From positions 240,188,001 through 240,252,000 of the forward strand of contig OZ024742.1 of NCBI GenBank assembly GCA_964016885.1: a stretch of 64,000 bases of DNA, in the 5' to 3' direction. Origin of the DNA: Eledone cirrhosa. Lineage: Eukaryota. Under the pieces are notes generated by a model. The model ran no database searches. It saw nothing but the letters and a program-made list of their open reading frames with translations, and was not told the DNA's origin. Shown here piece by piece: positions 24,317 to 36,952 of the stretch (position 1 is the stretch's first letter; the number at the start of each line of letters is the position of its first letter). Both the position numbers and the translations under genes were made by a program.

Positions 24317-25881
24317 CTAGAAAAAAAAAAAGAGAAAAAAAATCAAATTGTGTGTGCTCGCATGTGTGTTGAACAATGAAATCAAAAGGAGAAGTTTATT
24401 GTTTCTGGGAATTCGTTCTAAGTTATGTGTCTTTACAAACTTGCTCCAGAAATGTAGCATGAGACTGACTTCTTGTTCTTCTGCAATGTGTAGGTTCCCA
24501 TAGCAGCATGTGATGTAATGCTTCTGCCAGATCTCTTTGCCACACATGACCTATTATTATAGCTGACCTATATTATAGCTGTGAAGCTATACCAGTGGCT
24601 TGGGAACCAGGAATTCTGCTCTTACGAAACTGAGAGATATAGAGTGGAGTATATATATCATCATCATCACCGTTTAACGTCCGTTCTTCCACACTAGCAT
24701 GGGCTAGATGGGTTTTCCTGTTGTCGGCAGTAACCGGTCAGCTGACCATGTCGTGCTCATACGGGAACTGATTCTGGCTTGATTTCTACAGCTGGATGCC
24801 CTTCCTAACACCAATATATATATATACAGAGAGAAAGAGAAAGAGAGAGAAGGAGGATAGTAGGATAGGTAGTGTGAGAGACAGAGAGAAAGAGATCTAT
24901 TTTAGCAACAACAGTGAAGAAATGACAAAGAACACACAAACACATAAAATTGACTGTTCTGACAAATGAAGATGAAATGTAAGTCAAGAAAATTGGACAT
25001 TTCAGTATGTTTTAGTGTAAAAAAAAAACTTTAAATTGCAATTTCAGAGGTTTTATATCAAAAGGATTAACAATTCTTATTCCTCCTCCTTCTATGCCCA
25101 ATTATTCCTCAAACACTCCTTCCAGTGAGTCCTGCCAGAAGCAACTGTTTCCAAATGATCCGACTGGAACTCCAAGTGAAACCAGCCAAGCTCATAGATG
25201 TTATCCAACCATGGGTCTCCTGTTGGTTGGTTTTGCCTGTAAAATCTGTCCAGCGATTCTTTCCTGAGACATTCTAACCACATACCCAATGTATCAGAGC
25301 TGTGATCTCTCAATTCAGAGAAATAGCAGCTCTCTGATATATGAACTACACACTCTATCAAGTATGTTACTCCAAAGACCCTTCAGAGGAATCCCATTTT
25401 AGCTGCTTGTATTTGCGATCATATTCTTTCGATCAATACCCAAGATTCATGACCATAGATAAGGGTTGGCACGAATACCGAATCATAGATAGCAAGTTTG
25501 GCTTTTACACCTACTTCCCCTGATTTTCATTTCAGTCATACATCAAACCTATCATTGGAGATCACCTTCTGCCAAGTTAAGTAACACCATGTTGCCTGCA
25601 AATTCCAGCTGACTGATTTTACATAGTTAAAAAAGAAAAAAAATGGTGAATTGGTAATGACAACAAAGGCACGAACTCCAATTCAGTTTCTGATTATAGT
25701 TTTCTGATGAAGGGTTTTTATACCCAAAATATTAGAACAGATAAATAAAATAACAGGTGACACACCAACATTTTTGTTGCCTTCAATTTATTCCAAAATC
25801 TATCAACCCTTCTGCATAATAACACAATGCTTCAAGAAAACTTCAACACCCTCTTTTAAAAAAATAATAATTGTACATTAC

Positions 25882-26133
25882 CGTTCCTTGCTCACTGCTT
25901 CTTGAGATTGATTTCTCAAACTGGTTGCTTTGTATGAGTCGAAAGACTTGCTCTCGATACTTCTGCATTATTAACTCTAGGGCACTTTGGTGCTCTTCAA
26001 GACATAGCCGTAGTTCATGATTTTCCTGCTGTAAGTCCCGAATCTGTCGGTTTTCCTGTGCTATTTCCAGAACCAACGTAGATCGGGGTCGATGACGGGC
26101 TATTTCATTCAGTTCAGTTATGCCACCTTGATA
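25882..26133 (-). CDS. FGFR1OP2: FGFR1OP2/SIKE-family protein, coding exon 2 (84 codons)
   Basis: YQGGITELNEIARHRPRSTLVLEIAQENRQIRDLQQENHELRLCLEEHQSALELIMQKYREQ is the family signature. Acceptor TTTTCTCTATATACAG|TAT and donor ACG|GTAATG, phase 0/0. Confidence 0.95.
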
Positions 26134-28197
26134 CTGTATATAGAGAAAAGCAAATATAATTAGTTGAGGATTAATTAGAGCAAAAAAAGCCAAGATAATA
26201 AGTTCTACAATATACAGATCAATAACTAATACATAACCCATTGTTTTATGAATTGAATGTGTAGATATATGGCTACTGCATCAAACTTTAACCAAACTAT
26301 ATAGATTATATGTATCTATCTATCTATCTCTGCGTATGTGTGTATATAGTGCATATATACAGGGTGCTTTTTGTTGTGACACCTACATAACCACTTTACA
26401 GTGAGAGCTGGGCACTTTTTGTCGTGTCACCATCACAACCACTTTACAGTGTGGGCTGGAGGCTTCTTTTATCGTGACACCTACACGACCACTTTACAGT
26501 GAGGGTTGGATGCTTTTTGTCATGTCACTATCATAACCACTTTACAGTGTGCGCTGGGGACTTTGATGGGAGAGGTGTGTGGGGATAGGGGTGGCAAGCA
26601 TTTGGGCATGTGTGAGTTGAGTTTTAGGACGTGGGAGGTAAATGGAAGCTGGAGGTGAAGGTGGTGCACACTAGATGCATGCTTCAACCTGTGCTCAAGG
26701 GAGGTGTATGAAAGAGGGTGGGGGCAAAGGTGATGCATACTATATGTATGCTTCAGCCTGTGCTCATGTGGTTAGAATGTTTAAGGAAAGAACAACTGGA
26801 TAGATTTTTATGGACAAAACCAAGCAGTGGGAAACCTAGGGGTAGACCACAAACAAAAAAGTTGAATAACATCCATGAGCTCGGTTGGATCATTAGGAGA
26901 CTATTGCATTTGAAAGGACCCACTAGAAGGCATGTCTGATGACTTTGCCTGCATGCCCCTCTCAAGAAAAAGTGGGCAAAGAAGAAGAAAGAGAAGTGTT
27001 TGTTTTGTTAATTCAAATGTTTACAACATCTTTACTAGTGGACAGGTCATCAGCATCACCATGTGAACATTTTCAGTAAACTAAATAGTGTAGAGTCTGT
27101 CACCCTCCCCTTCACCCTTTCTTTCTTCCATTGCCTAACAGTCCTTGCTCTTTCTCTCCTTTTCCTTTCATTTATAGCATTTATAGTCCTTTCCAATACT
27201 ACTTTTTTTTCTATATGTTTGACTAAATATTAAATTCTTTATTATTTTCATGTAATTTTTTCCTAGGAATATATTTGAGTATTTTGAAATAAAATAATTA
27301 AATGTTTAGATATAGGTTCTGTCATTTCCATCTAAAATATTCAAGGAGCATTTTTTTACACAAATTTGTAACACTCGAGCATAGATGCAATTAAATGACT
27401 GAAATCTTTTGAAAATACTAAAATATTAAGAGTTAAATACAGGATTAACCCTTTCATGACCATATTTCTAATGAAATGCACTCTATTGTATTTCCATTCA
27501 TACTACAAATAAATATAATACATAGAAAATGGGATGTATAATATAATGTACATACATGTATATATAATATTGCATTAAAGACATGGCTATGTTAGTTTCA
27601 TTTTATATATGATTTTTCAGATTTTCTTATTGGTTGTTTTATGTTTAGTTAGAAGCAACAGTGTTCTCAAATCTATTTGTCCATCAACCTTTTCATGATT
27701 GTGTTTCTAATGAAAAGTTCTATTTCAATTAATTAACGAAGAATTTTGATGGATTTTCTAAAATTATTAATTATTTCATTACTAAAATGGTAACTTAACA
27801 TTCAAATTTACAAACCCACTTTTAGATATTTCCAGCTAAATCATCATATAGCATAGTGAGTTTACTGGTTTGAATTTTAAAAAAAAATTGTTTATAAAAT
27901 TATGTTGGAAGATTTTAATTTAAATAAGAACTCTTTAATCCTTAACATACTACAATGATTCAGCAGAAATGATAATACAAATGCTTCGGTAGAGGGTCGG
28001 ACGCCATGCTTTCCAGCATAGTTATGTCCCTTTACGATCTGAATTCAAATCCCGCCGAGGTTGACTTTGCCTTTCATCCTTATGGGGTCGATAAAATAAA
28101 GTACCAGTAATGCACTGGATAATTGCTGGCCTTCTGCCTAAAGTAGAAACAATTATTATCTTTACTATAAAGCAGATTGTTGTGAAAATTCGTAGTA

Positions 28198-28523
28198 CAG
28201 TGTACTCTTGGCATTTGTGGTTCTGGTTATTCGCAGAATTTTCATTAGAACCTAACTAATAATTATTTGTGGAAACCACCGCATATTCACGGAATCATAA
28301 ATATCTTTCACAATTTTTTAATGACTTTTTTTCATGGCAATATATATTTTTTCACGCTTTTAAATGCTAAATTATTGATAACAATATACTGTATTTGCTG
28401 GTTTAAATTTGACATATTTTGATGTTTATAGGCATTTTTGTGGATCACATCCAAATTCGCAGTTTTTCACTCTTCGCGGGTGCTCTAGGAACGTAACCCA
28501 CGTAAATATTGGGGGACAACTGT
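28198..28523. mobile_element. Tc1/Tigger-like MITE
   Basis: TA|CAGT...ACTG|TA with degenerate TIRs, nested in another MITE. Confidence 0.45.
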
Positions 28524-28983
28524 ATTAGACTAAAGATTTTACTATTTAATGTAGGGTGGTGGATTGGCAGAATTGGTACAGCGTCGGACACCATGTTTCA
28601 TAGCATAGAGATACGGCCCTTTATGATCTGAGTTCAAATCCCGCCGAGGCTAGCTTTGGCTTTCATCTTTACGAGGTCGATAAAATAAAGCAATAAAGTA
28701 ATGCACTGGGGTTAATCTAATTGACTTTCTCCTGCCGAATTGCTGGCCTTGTGTCTATAGTAGAAACCACTATTTAATGTGATGTAGTCATAGAGCTGTA
28801 TTGAACTTTTCAAGAATGTCCTGTTAATGCAATTTCATGTGGTACAGGAGGTTAAGAGTTAAAATGTATGGTTCTGGCTATTTAAGCCAGAGCTGGTTTT
28901 AGCCAAATTGGTACCAAACAAAATGACACCTGCCACTGGGATATTCCATTTATGATAAGAAAAAAAATAACCAAAACATTTAC

Positions 28984-29118
28984 CCTTTTCATAGCATCAA
29001 TCTGATTATGCAGGGCATTGGTACTTTCCATTAAATTATTGGCTAAAGAATCATGGTCTTTTAGTCTCGTTACAAGCAAACGAGCATCAGCAAGCAGCTT
29101 CTCAAAACTCATCTTCAT
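28984..29118 (-). CDS. FGFR1OP2: FGFR1OP2/SIKE-family (STRIPAK coiled-coil) protein, coding exon 1 (45 codons)
   Basis: MKMSFEKLLADARLLVTRLKDHDSLANNLMESTNALHNQIDAMKR resembles the N-terminus of vertebrate FGFR1OP2 (recalled as MSCTIEKALADAKALVERLRDHD...AMKQ). Donor AGG|GTAAAT at 28984/28983, phase 0. An acceptor-like TTTTAG lies just upstream of the ATG. Confidence 0.9.
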
Positions 29119-29419
29119 GCCTAAAATCTATAAATAAAGTATAAGTAAAATGAAAGACAAATTAAAAGAATAAAATATAAATACACATCAAACACTGAGT
29201 TGTGGCTATCAAGAATATCAAGAACGTTGCGCTGAGTTGATAAAAAAAATACAGTATTTCAGTAGACAGGGAAAACAGTGTGTTGAATATTATTAGAATT
29301 AAAATGTCTTACAATATACACTTCATTGTGATGTATGTATGTGTGTGTGTATATATTTATGTATGTATGTATGTATTTATGTATGTACGTATGCGTGAGA
29401 GCATGGAAATACTCGGTTT

Positions 29420-31003
29420 TCTAAGGCTGGATGCCTTTCCTAACACCAACCACATTTATGGTGTGTGTGGGTGCATATTGCCATTTTTTTTACATGACCA
29501 CTTTACAGTGTGGGCTGGGGGCTTCACTGGATGCATTTACTTTGGTCTGTCCTCATGGAGCATACTGTATATATGCTTCAGCTTGTGCCCATGGGAAGTT
29601 GGGTCTTCTGTATTACTGGGTATCCCCAAAGATCTCAGTCCTGTGTCATCGCCTTTGAGAGGTGCAATTGGGCAAGGACAGCTTTTATCACCTCATCTCA
29701 ACTCTTTCTGGGTCTCCCCACTCCAAGGCTTCCATTGACTTTGGGTGCTCTGCACCTTTTTATGCAGCTGTCATTCTTCATACACATCACATGTCCACAC
29801 CAATGTAATCTCCTCTCTTGCACACAGCATTTGATTCCTCTTATGACTAGTTTCTCTCTCAGTTCATTTATGATTCAGCGTTCTCGTATATTACTATTAC
29901 ACATCCATCAGAGCATGCAAGCGTCATTTCTTTCCTGTTTACACAAGTCTTCTGCACACAGTGCCCAGGTCTCACTACCATGCAACATTGCTGTTCATAT
30001 GCATGCATCATAGAGTCTGCCTTTCATTTTGAGGGGAAAGGCTTTTGTAGCCAACAGTGAACTTCTTCCATCCCGTTCTTACTCTGGCTATTGTACTTTC
30101 AGAACACCTACCACCGCTGCTAATTCAGTCACCTAAGTAGCAGAAGCTGTCTACTGTTTCTACAGAGCCCTCCCAGAATTCGGTAGCGCTTGTTTCCTGT
30201 GCTCATTTGCTGCTTACTGCTAATGTGCAACTGCTGCATGTAAAGCCTACATTCTTAGCTAAACTTCCCAAGATCCCACTACATCTCTTGTGTACCCATA
30301 GATTGCATATGGGGCAGAGGATGGAGTTTCTACCTACACCTTTCCTACATACTGAGCAAGGCTATTTCCCTGAGGGGATCTGGGTTCTGTTTCTTAGTCT
30401 TTGTTAGGTTGACTTTTAGACCCCTTTGTTTCTAGGCTCTCCTTCCATGTTTGGAATTTCTTCTCTATTTTTACCATAGATTCAGCTATGAGTGTGAGAT
30501 CATCCATGTACAGAAGTTCCCATGGGCAGCCAGTCTTAAACTCCCCCATTACAGCCTGCAAAACGATAATAAACAGGAGCGGGCTAAGAACAGAGCACTG
30601 GTGGACACCAACTTGTATGCTAAATTCCTCGCTATAGTCATTATTAATCCTGACTCTGCTGACTGCTCCTCTATACATGGCTTGTACAGCCTTCACAAGC
30701 CACTCATCTACTCCTAGTTTTCTAAGAGCCCACCAGATTATGTTACAGGGCACTCTGTCAAAAGCTTTCTCTAGATCAACAAATGCCAGGTAGAGTGGCT
30801 TACTTTTAGCTAGATACTTTTTTTGTAACTGCCTCACAGGGAACAGAGCATCAGTGGTGCTTTTACCTGGTACAAAACCAAACTGCATCTCATCTAGATT
30901 TACCCTGTCCCTAATCAACTGTGCTATAACTCTTTCTGTTACTTTCATTACTTGGTCCATCAGTTTTAGACCTCTATAGTTTCCCCTAACTAGTGCATCT
31001 CCT
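29420..31003 (-). mobile_element. Degenerate 5'-truncated RTE LINE (B-like), immediately upstream of FGFR1OP2 coding exon 1
   Basis: ORF 30394-30960 carries RT motifs (FVDLEKAFD, LLYMDDL). The downstream part is frameshifted and has an RTE 3' UTR. Confidence 0.9.
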
Positions 31004-31839
31004 GTTCAAAAGAAATCAATTTACAATAATAGAATATTCTTTTCATCACTCCCACCCCTTACTGTACACACCCATCCATTCCATTAACACTATCCTTAAT
31101 ACACTTGTCATGGCTCTTTAGTAACTCTTCCCATCACTATTCTTGATGTCTCTTACCTTTTATCTCTCTCACTTAACCTTGCCAAATCTCATCATACTTA
31201 CCATATCCATATCACATCTGCTATCCTTCCATATCTCCCTCCCCCACCTATTGACCACACCCATCAGTTCATACTTGCCACTCTTCTAACAGTAGCGCTC
31301 TCTCCCTAGACACTGCTGCCTTGAGACATAGCACCCTCTTTTCCCAGCCCATAGTGTAGAGAGGGCTCTTCAGCTGAGTCAATGACCAACAAACTCCTTA
31401 GTGCTGGAGCCACAATAAAACACATGCAGTTCACACTGTGAAGTGGTAGTGCTGAGACCACGACAAAATTCACCCAGTACACATTGTAAAGTAGTTGGTG
31501 TTAGGAAAGGCATCTCACTGTAGAAACTATGCCAAGATGTTGCCATCTAGCTGGTCTAGTCTCAAAATGTGATAATCTGTCCAACCCATGCCAGCATGGA
31601 CAACAGACATAAAGTAGTGATATCGATGAGAAAATACCACAAGTTGCCAATATAAAAAGTGTGTTTTGCATTTCTCTGTGGTCAATAGTACCAGTAATAC
31701 ATGAGGGATAAATATAATTAAATATGCAACAGCAGGCTATGCACTTATTTCAACAGAAGTCAATTTGAAATAATAGAACAAATAAATCTGAGGAAATCTC
31801 CTAGGATTGCCTTTATATATGTCTGCTTCATCACTCTTT

Positions 31840-32260
31840 TATGTTCACTTTTCTATGCCTGCACGAGTTGGATAGGTCTTTTCATGCATAACTTCCTTCC
31901 ACATATCACATTTCTTCATCATCTCCTCTGTGAGGTTCAGGAATATGAGATCAGCTCTCATCACCTCTGCCCAGGTCTTTCTTGGTCTCCCTCTACTACA
32001 GCTTCCTTCAACTGGGAATTCTTGGCACTTCTTCACCCAAGGATTATCATCCATATGCATTACATGTCCATACCATCACAGTCATCTCTCCTGCACATGA
32101 TATCTGATTCCTCCTATACCTAATTTTCTTCTCTCAACTCATCCATGCTTTGCTGTTTATGCATATTAACATCACACAATTATCAAAGGATGTTCGCTTC
32201 ATTTCTATCCAGCCTCCGCATTCACTGCCTATGTCTCACTACCATACAACATTGACTTGC
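31840..32260 (-). mobile_element. Old RTE LINE 3' fragment
   Basis: ORF 31845-32060 (VEGSCSRGRPRKTWAEV). Confidence 0.75.
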
Positions 32261-32732
32261 ATTTCTCTCTGGTCAATAGTACCAGTAATATGCAAGGAAT
32301 CATATTTAATTAAATATACAACAGCAGACAATGCACTTAGTTCAAAAAGAAATCAATTCATAATAATAGAATGAATAAATAAATAAATATGAGAAAAACT
32401 CCTAGAGTTGCCAATATAAAAAAGTGTGTAATTTAGCTGAAATGTTGCTAAACAACAGAGAGGAAGTTGGAAAGTATTGTGAAGGAGCCCTGCAGAGTTG
32501 TATCGATTTAATCAGTCTTTTACAACACTTTACTCATGGCTGCTATCCACTAAACTACATAATACTTGCCAACAGGCAAACCAACACATCTTTATTCCTA
32601 CGTTGGTTTCTTCTTTTTTTTTTGCTTTTGCTTTATTTTTTTTTGTGAGTATGGGAAAGGGGGATGGGGTACTTTCAAAGATTAAATGAAAAATTTATTA
32701 AAACAACACAAAACAAAATAAGCAATAAAATA

Positions 32733-32776
<44 letters not shown>

Positions 32777-32855
32777 CTCTTACAAAAATAGAAAGCTATT
32801 TCCTACCAATACTAAACAATTATTAGAACAATTAATGGTTCTTAAGGCAAAACTT

Positions 32856-32886
<31 letters not shown>

Positions 32887-33057
32887 ATATATCCCTATAT
32901 AAATGAAAAAACATATATATATATATATATATATATATGTTTTTTCATGTATATAGGGATATATATATATTTTATATATACATACACATACACACATAAG
33001 CCTGCTATCAGGCAGATTCCTCGAGGCTTCCAGTTGCCCCAATTTGAAGCAATTACC

Positions 33058-33700
33058 AGGATGTGTGATTGTAATATACACAAATGGCAAAACGTAAATG
33101 AACTAAGTGCGAAATTAGGCATAAGAGGGATCAGATGCAGTATACTAGAGAGGAGATTGCATTGGTATGGACATGTGATGCGTATGAAGGCTGACAGCTG
33201 TACAAAAAGGTGCAGGGCGATCAAAATTGATGGAATCTATGGATAGGAAGACCCAGGACGAGGTGATAAAAGTTGACCTTACACAATTGCACCTCTCAAA
33301 GACAATGATACAGGATCAAGATCTGTGGTGTTATGCAGTAATACAGAAGACCCGCATTCCCCTTGTGCACAGACTCAAACATACTTCCAGTAGGCACCTC
33401 TTAACCACTTAATCCACTATACCTCCTTCCATACACACCACACCCCTACACCACCCTCCCACTTCTGTCCACACCAACTTTACACTGTAAAGTTATGTTG
33501 GTATCACAAAACATAACCCACACTGTAAAGTGGTTGATGTTAGGAAGGGCATTCAGCCACAGAAATCTAGCCAGAAACAGTTCTATATGAGCAAGGCATG
33601 GTCACCTGACCCAACTTGCCTCTAATGGGACAATCTGTCTAACCCATGCTAGCATGTAGAATGGACGTTAAACAATTTATGATGATGATGATGATGATAT
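33058..33700 (+). mobile_element. RTE LINE 3' fragment
   Basis: GIRGIRCSILERRLHWYGHVMRMK, RTE 3' UTR and (GAT)n tail. Confidence 0.85.
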
Positions 33701-33707
33701 ATATATA

Positions 33708-35099
33708 GCAAAGTTAGGATTAGCAATGAGTATAGCAAGGAATTTAGCGTACAGGTTAGTGTCCACCAAGGCTCTGTTCTTAGCCCTCTCCTGTTCAGCA
33801 TAGTCCTGCAGGCAATAATGGAGGAGTTTAAGACCGGATGCCCATGGGAACTCCTGTATGCTGATGACCTCGCATTTACAGCTGAATCTATGGTAGAACT
33901 AGAGAAGAAATTCCAAACTTGGAAGCAGGGACTAGAAAGAAAGGGTCTCAAAGTCAACATGACAAAGACTAAGGTCCTTGTAAGTAGACGAGAAAACAGA
34001 ACCCAGATCCCCTCAGGGAAATGGCCTTGCTCAGTATGTAGGAACTCCATTCTCTGCCCCAAATGCAAATAATGGGTACACAAGAGATGTAGCAGGATCT
34101 CAGGAAGCTTAATTAAGAATGTAGGCTTTACATGCAGCAGCTGTGCTGGGACAGCAAACAGCCACAGGAAACAAGTACCACCAATCCCTGGGAGGGCTCT
34201 GTAGAAACAGTAGACAGCTTCTGCTACCTAGGTGACCGAATTAGCAGCGGAGGTGGGTGTTCAGAAAGTACAATAATTAGGGTAAGAACGGGATGGAAAA
34301 AGTTCAGGGAACTACTGCCACTGTTAGCTGCAAAAGGCTTCTCCCTCAAAATCAAAGGCAGGCTGTATGATGCGTGTATCCGAACAGCAATGTTACATGG
34401 TAGTGAGACCTGGGCACTGAAGGTGGAAGACTTACGTAGATTAGAAAGAAACGAAGCCTGTATGCTCCGATGGATGTGTAATAGTAATATACGCGAACGA
34501 CAAAGCATAAATGAATTGAGAGAGAGACTGAGCATAAGAGGAATCAAATGCTGTGTGCAGGAGAGGCGGTTGCGTTGGTATGGACATGTGATGCGTATGA
34601 AGGATGAGAGTTGCATAAAAAGGTGCAGGGCACTAGAAGTCAATGGAAACCGCGGAGTGGGGAGACCCAAGAAGACCTGGGATGAGGTGATAAAAGCCGA
34701 CCTTACCCAATTACACCTCTCAAAGGCGATGACACACGACCGTGACCTCTGGCGTCACGCAGTAATACAGAGTACCCGACCTCTCATGGGTACAAGCTGA
34801 AGCATATAGACAATATGCCTCCACACCCTCCCACTGCAAGGTGGTCGTGGAGGTGCCACGGCAAAAAGCACCTAGCCCACACTGTAAAGTGGACGTGTAG
34901 GCGCCACGGAAAAAGCACCCAGCACTCACTGTAAATGAGGTTGGTGTTAGGAAGGGCATCCAGCTGTAGAAATCAAGCCAAAATCAGTTCCTGTATGAGC
35001 AAGGCATGGTCAGCCGACCAGACACTGCCCACAACAGGACAACCCGTCTAACCCATGCTAGCATGGAAGAACGGACGTAAAACAGTGATGATGATGATG

Positions 35100-35100
<1 letters not shown>
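33708..35100 (+). mobile_element. 5'-truncated RTE LINE (subfamily B), degenerate
   Basis: ORFs 33818-34072 and 34132-34800 match the intact 55541-58660 protein. It begins in the (TA)n tail of the preceding RTE fragment. Confidence 0.93.
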
Positions 35101-35130
<30 letters not shown>

Positions 35131-35318
35131 AAATAATTGTTTCTACTTTAGGCACAAGGCCAGAATTACCCAGTGCATTACTGGTACTTTATTTTATCGA
35201 CCCCGTAAGGATGAAAGGCAAAGTCAACCTCGGCGGGATTTGAACTCAGATCGTAAAGGGACGTAACTATGCTGGAAAGCATGGCATCCGACCCTCTACC
35301 GATACTGCCAATCCACCG
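35131..35318 (-). mobile_element. tRNA-derived SINE family 1 (representative). Other copies: ~550-670+, 5025-5195-, 8738-8912+, 15720-15870-, 15985-16265+, 19971-20158-, 21240-21555-, 22150-22350-, 22355-22685-, 27985-28158+, 28552-28770+, 38645-38740-, 41915-42180+
   Basis: B-box GAGTTCAAATCC plus conserved core CCGAGGTYRACTTTGCCTTTCATCCTTACGGGGTCGATAAAATAAAGTACCAG. Confidence 0.85.
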
Positions 35319-35375
35319 AAAATAATGAAGTCAAATATGTAAAATTTGGCTTTGTTTATTATAAATTATAGATAT

Positions 35376-35430
35376 ACTGCTATATATATTTCGGTGACAG
35401 CCATCATTGGCTGTGACCTCTTCAGGCAGT
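35376..35430 (-). ncRNA. Type I hammerhead ribozyme (Penelope-like)
   Basis: ACTGC-CTGAAGA-GGTcACAGCCA atga TGGCTGTcACC-GAAA-TATATA-TA-GCAGT: 5-bp stem I, intact core, 10-bp stem II, palindromic minimal stem III. AATAAA follows. Confidence 0.85.
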
Positions 35431-35481
35431 CCGAATTGGTGTGGGAAAGACAGGTACACATGTTGTTGAAGTGTGTTTTAC

Positions 35482-35580
35482 TCCGTCAATACATCGATAT
35501 GTCCAGCTCCTGGTTGTGTTGTCATTCCTCAGAGGAATGACAACACAACCAGGAGCTGGACATATCGATGTATTGACGGA
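35482..35580. repeat. Perfect palindrome (49-bp arms, 1-nt spacer)
   Basis: 35482-35530 is the exact reverse complement of 35532-35580. Confidence 0.97.
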
Positions 35581-35715
35581 CCATGACCCATTCATCTCCC
35601 AGGGAAGTGGGCATTCAGCCATTCATGAACAACAATAGCAAAATCAAATCTTCAATATTCTCCAAGGTATTGATAACTGGCCAGATTTCATCTTGCAGCA
35701 TACTTTTCAATCACC

Positions 35716-35718
<3 letters not shown>
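35581..35718 (-). mobile_element. Small Tc1/mariner-family remnant
   Basis: Terminal CAGGGTGATTGAAAAGT next to TA. The translation [16 protein letters not shown] resembles the WL..FPGRWIGRG motif. Confidence 0.55.
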
Positions 35719-35789
<71 letters not shown>

Positions 35790-35791
<2 letters not shown>

Positions 35792-36952
35792 AAAGAGAAA
35801 ATTCACTCAAAGAAGGCACCCTCAGCATCCACCACAACTTCAATCTGGCACATATGGCCTTCACCATGTCCCTAAGGAGAACCTAAAATGTCTCCTTAAT
35901 CCTGTCAATCAGCTGGGTCTTTGTGTTACAAGCAATGCGGTTGGTGTCTTTCTCAACTGTGCCTCACACTTAATAATCCATAGGATTGCAGTCAAGGGAG
36001 TTAGGGGGCCAAATGTTGTCGCTGGTGAAGTAAAAATTATCTGACAACTACTTCAGAGTTTTCCCAGAAATGTGGTAGGGAGCTAAATCTTGCTGCTACA
36101 CATATGGTCTTCCAGAAACCATCCTCTCCAACGAAGGCTTAATCACGGTAATCAGCAACTCCACATAGCCAGCTGAATTGAGCCGGAGACTGTGTTCAAA
36201 GATGTGAGATGGCATGACATTACCTTCACTGGAGACACATCCCAAAACCATTACAGTTTGGAGAAACTTTGGGGTCTTTATGACGCGAGGAATGTCATAT
36301 GGATTGTAGACAAGCCATTCTGGATGTTGTGCACCTGGTCCTGACAAAAATTCTTTTCATCAGAAGAACCAGATTGTCCCTGGTTCAACAAGATGTTTCT
36401 TTTTGTTCAGGAGTTTCTTTGCCAGAGCGGTTTTCTTGAGCCTTTTCTGTAAGAAGTTGGTCTTTACATTTCTTGTATGAGTGGTAGAAGAGATCCTCAT
36501 TCAAGGCCAGCTTCATGGTGGAAGCTGCAACACCCATTTACTGCACTAAATCTTGCATTCCCTTGCCTGGGTGTTCTATTACTTACTCCTGCAGTTGTTG
36601 GATAAATTCTGGTGTACAGAGGCAATCAGAATGTCTGCTGTTCTTCTGTACAAGACATGGCCTTGTAGTCTCTGTTGTAGCTCTTTTGACATCTTATTGC
36701 TTTCACAGTGTTTAAAGAACATTGAGCAGCTGTCATGATTGCAGAATTTTGATGCCTGACATGAATCATCATGATGCAGGTTACCTTTTTCCAATATTCA
36801 GGTGGTTTTCCCTTGTCCATTTCAGTTAATTTTGACATCTTTAAAACTGTAGTGATTAGGTTTCATAATGCTGTTCATGTTTCACAGATACAAGGGTATA
36901 TTTGAAAAAAAAAAAAAAAAAATTAGACTATCAAATTTCTGAACACCCCTTG
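35790..36952 (-). mobile_element. Degenerate maT-like Tc1/mariner transposon
   Basis: KFLQTVMVLGCVSSEGNVMPSHIF...QQDLAP and WPPNSLDCNPMDY remnants. Terminal CAAGGGGTGTTCAG with TA flank. Confidence 0.8.
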
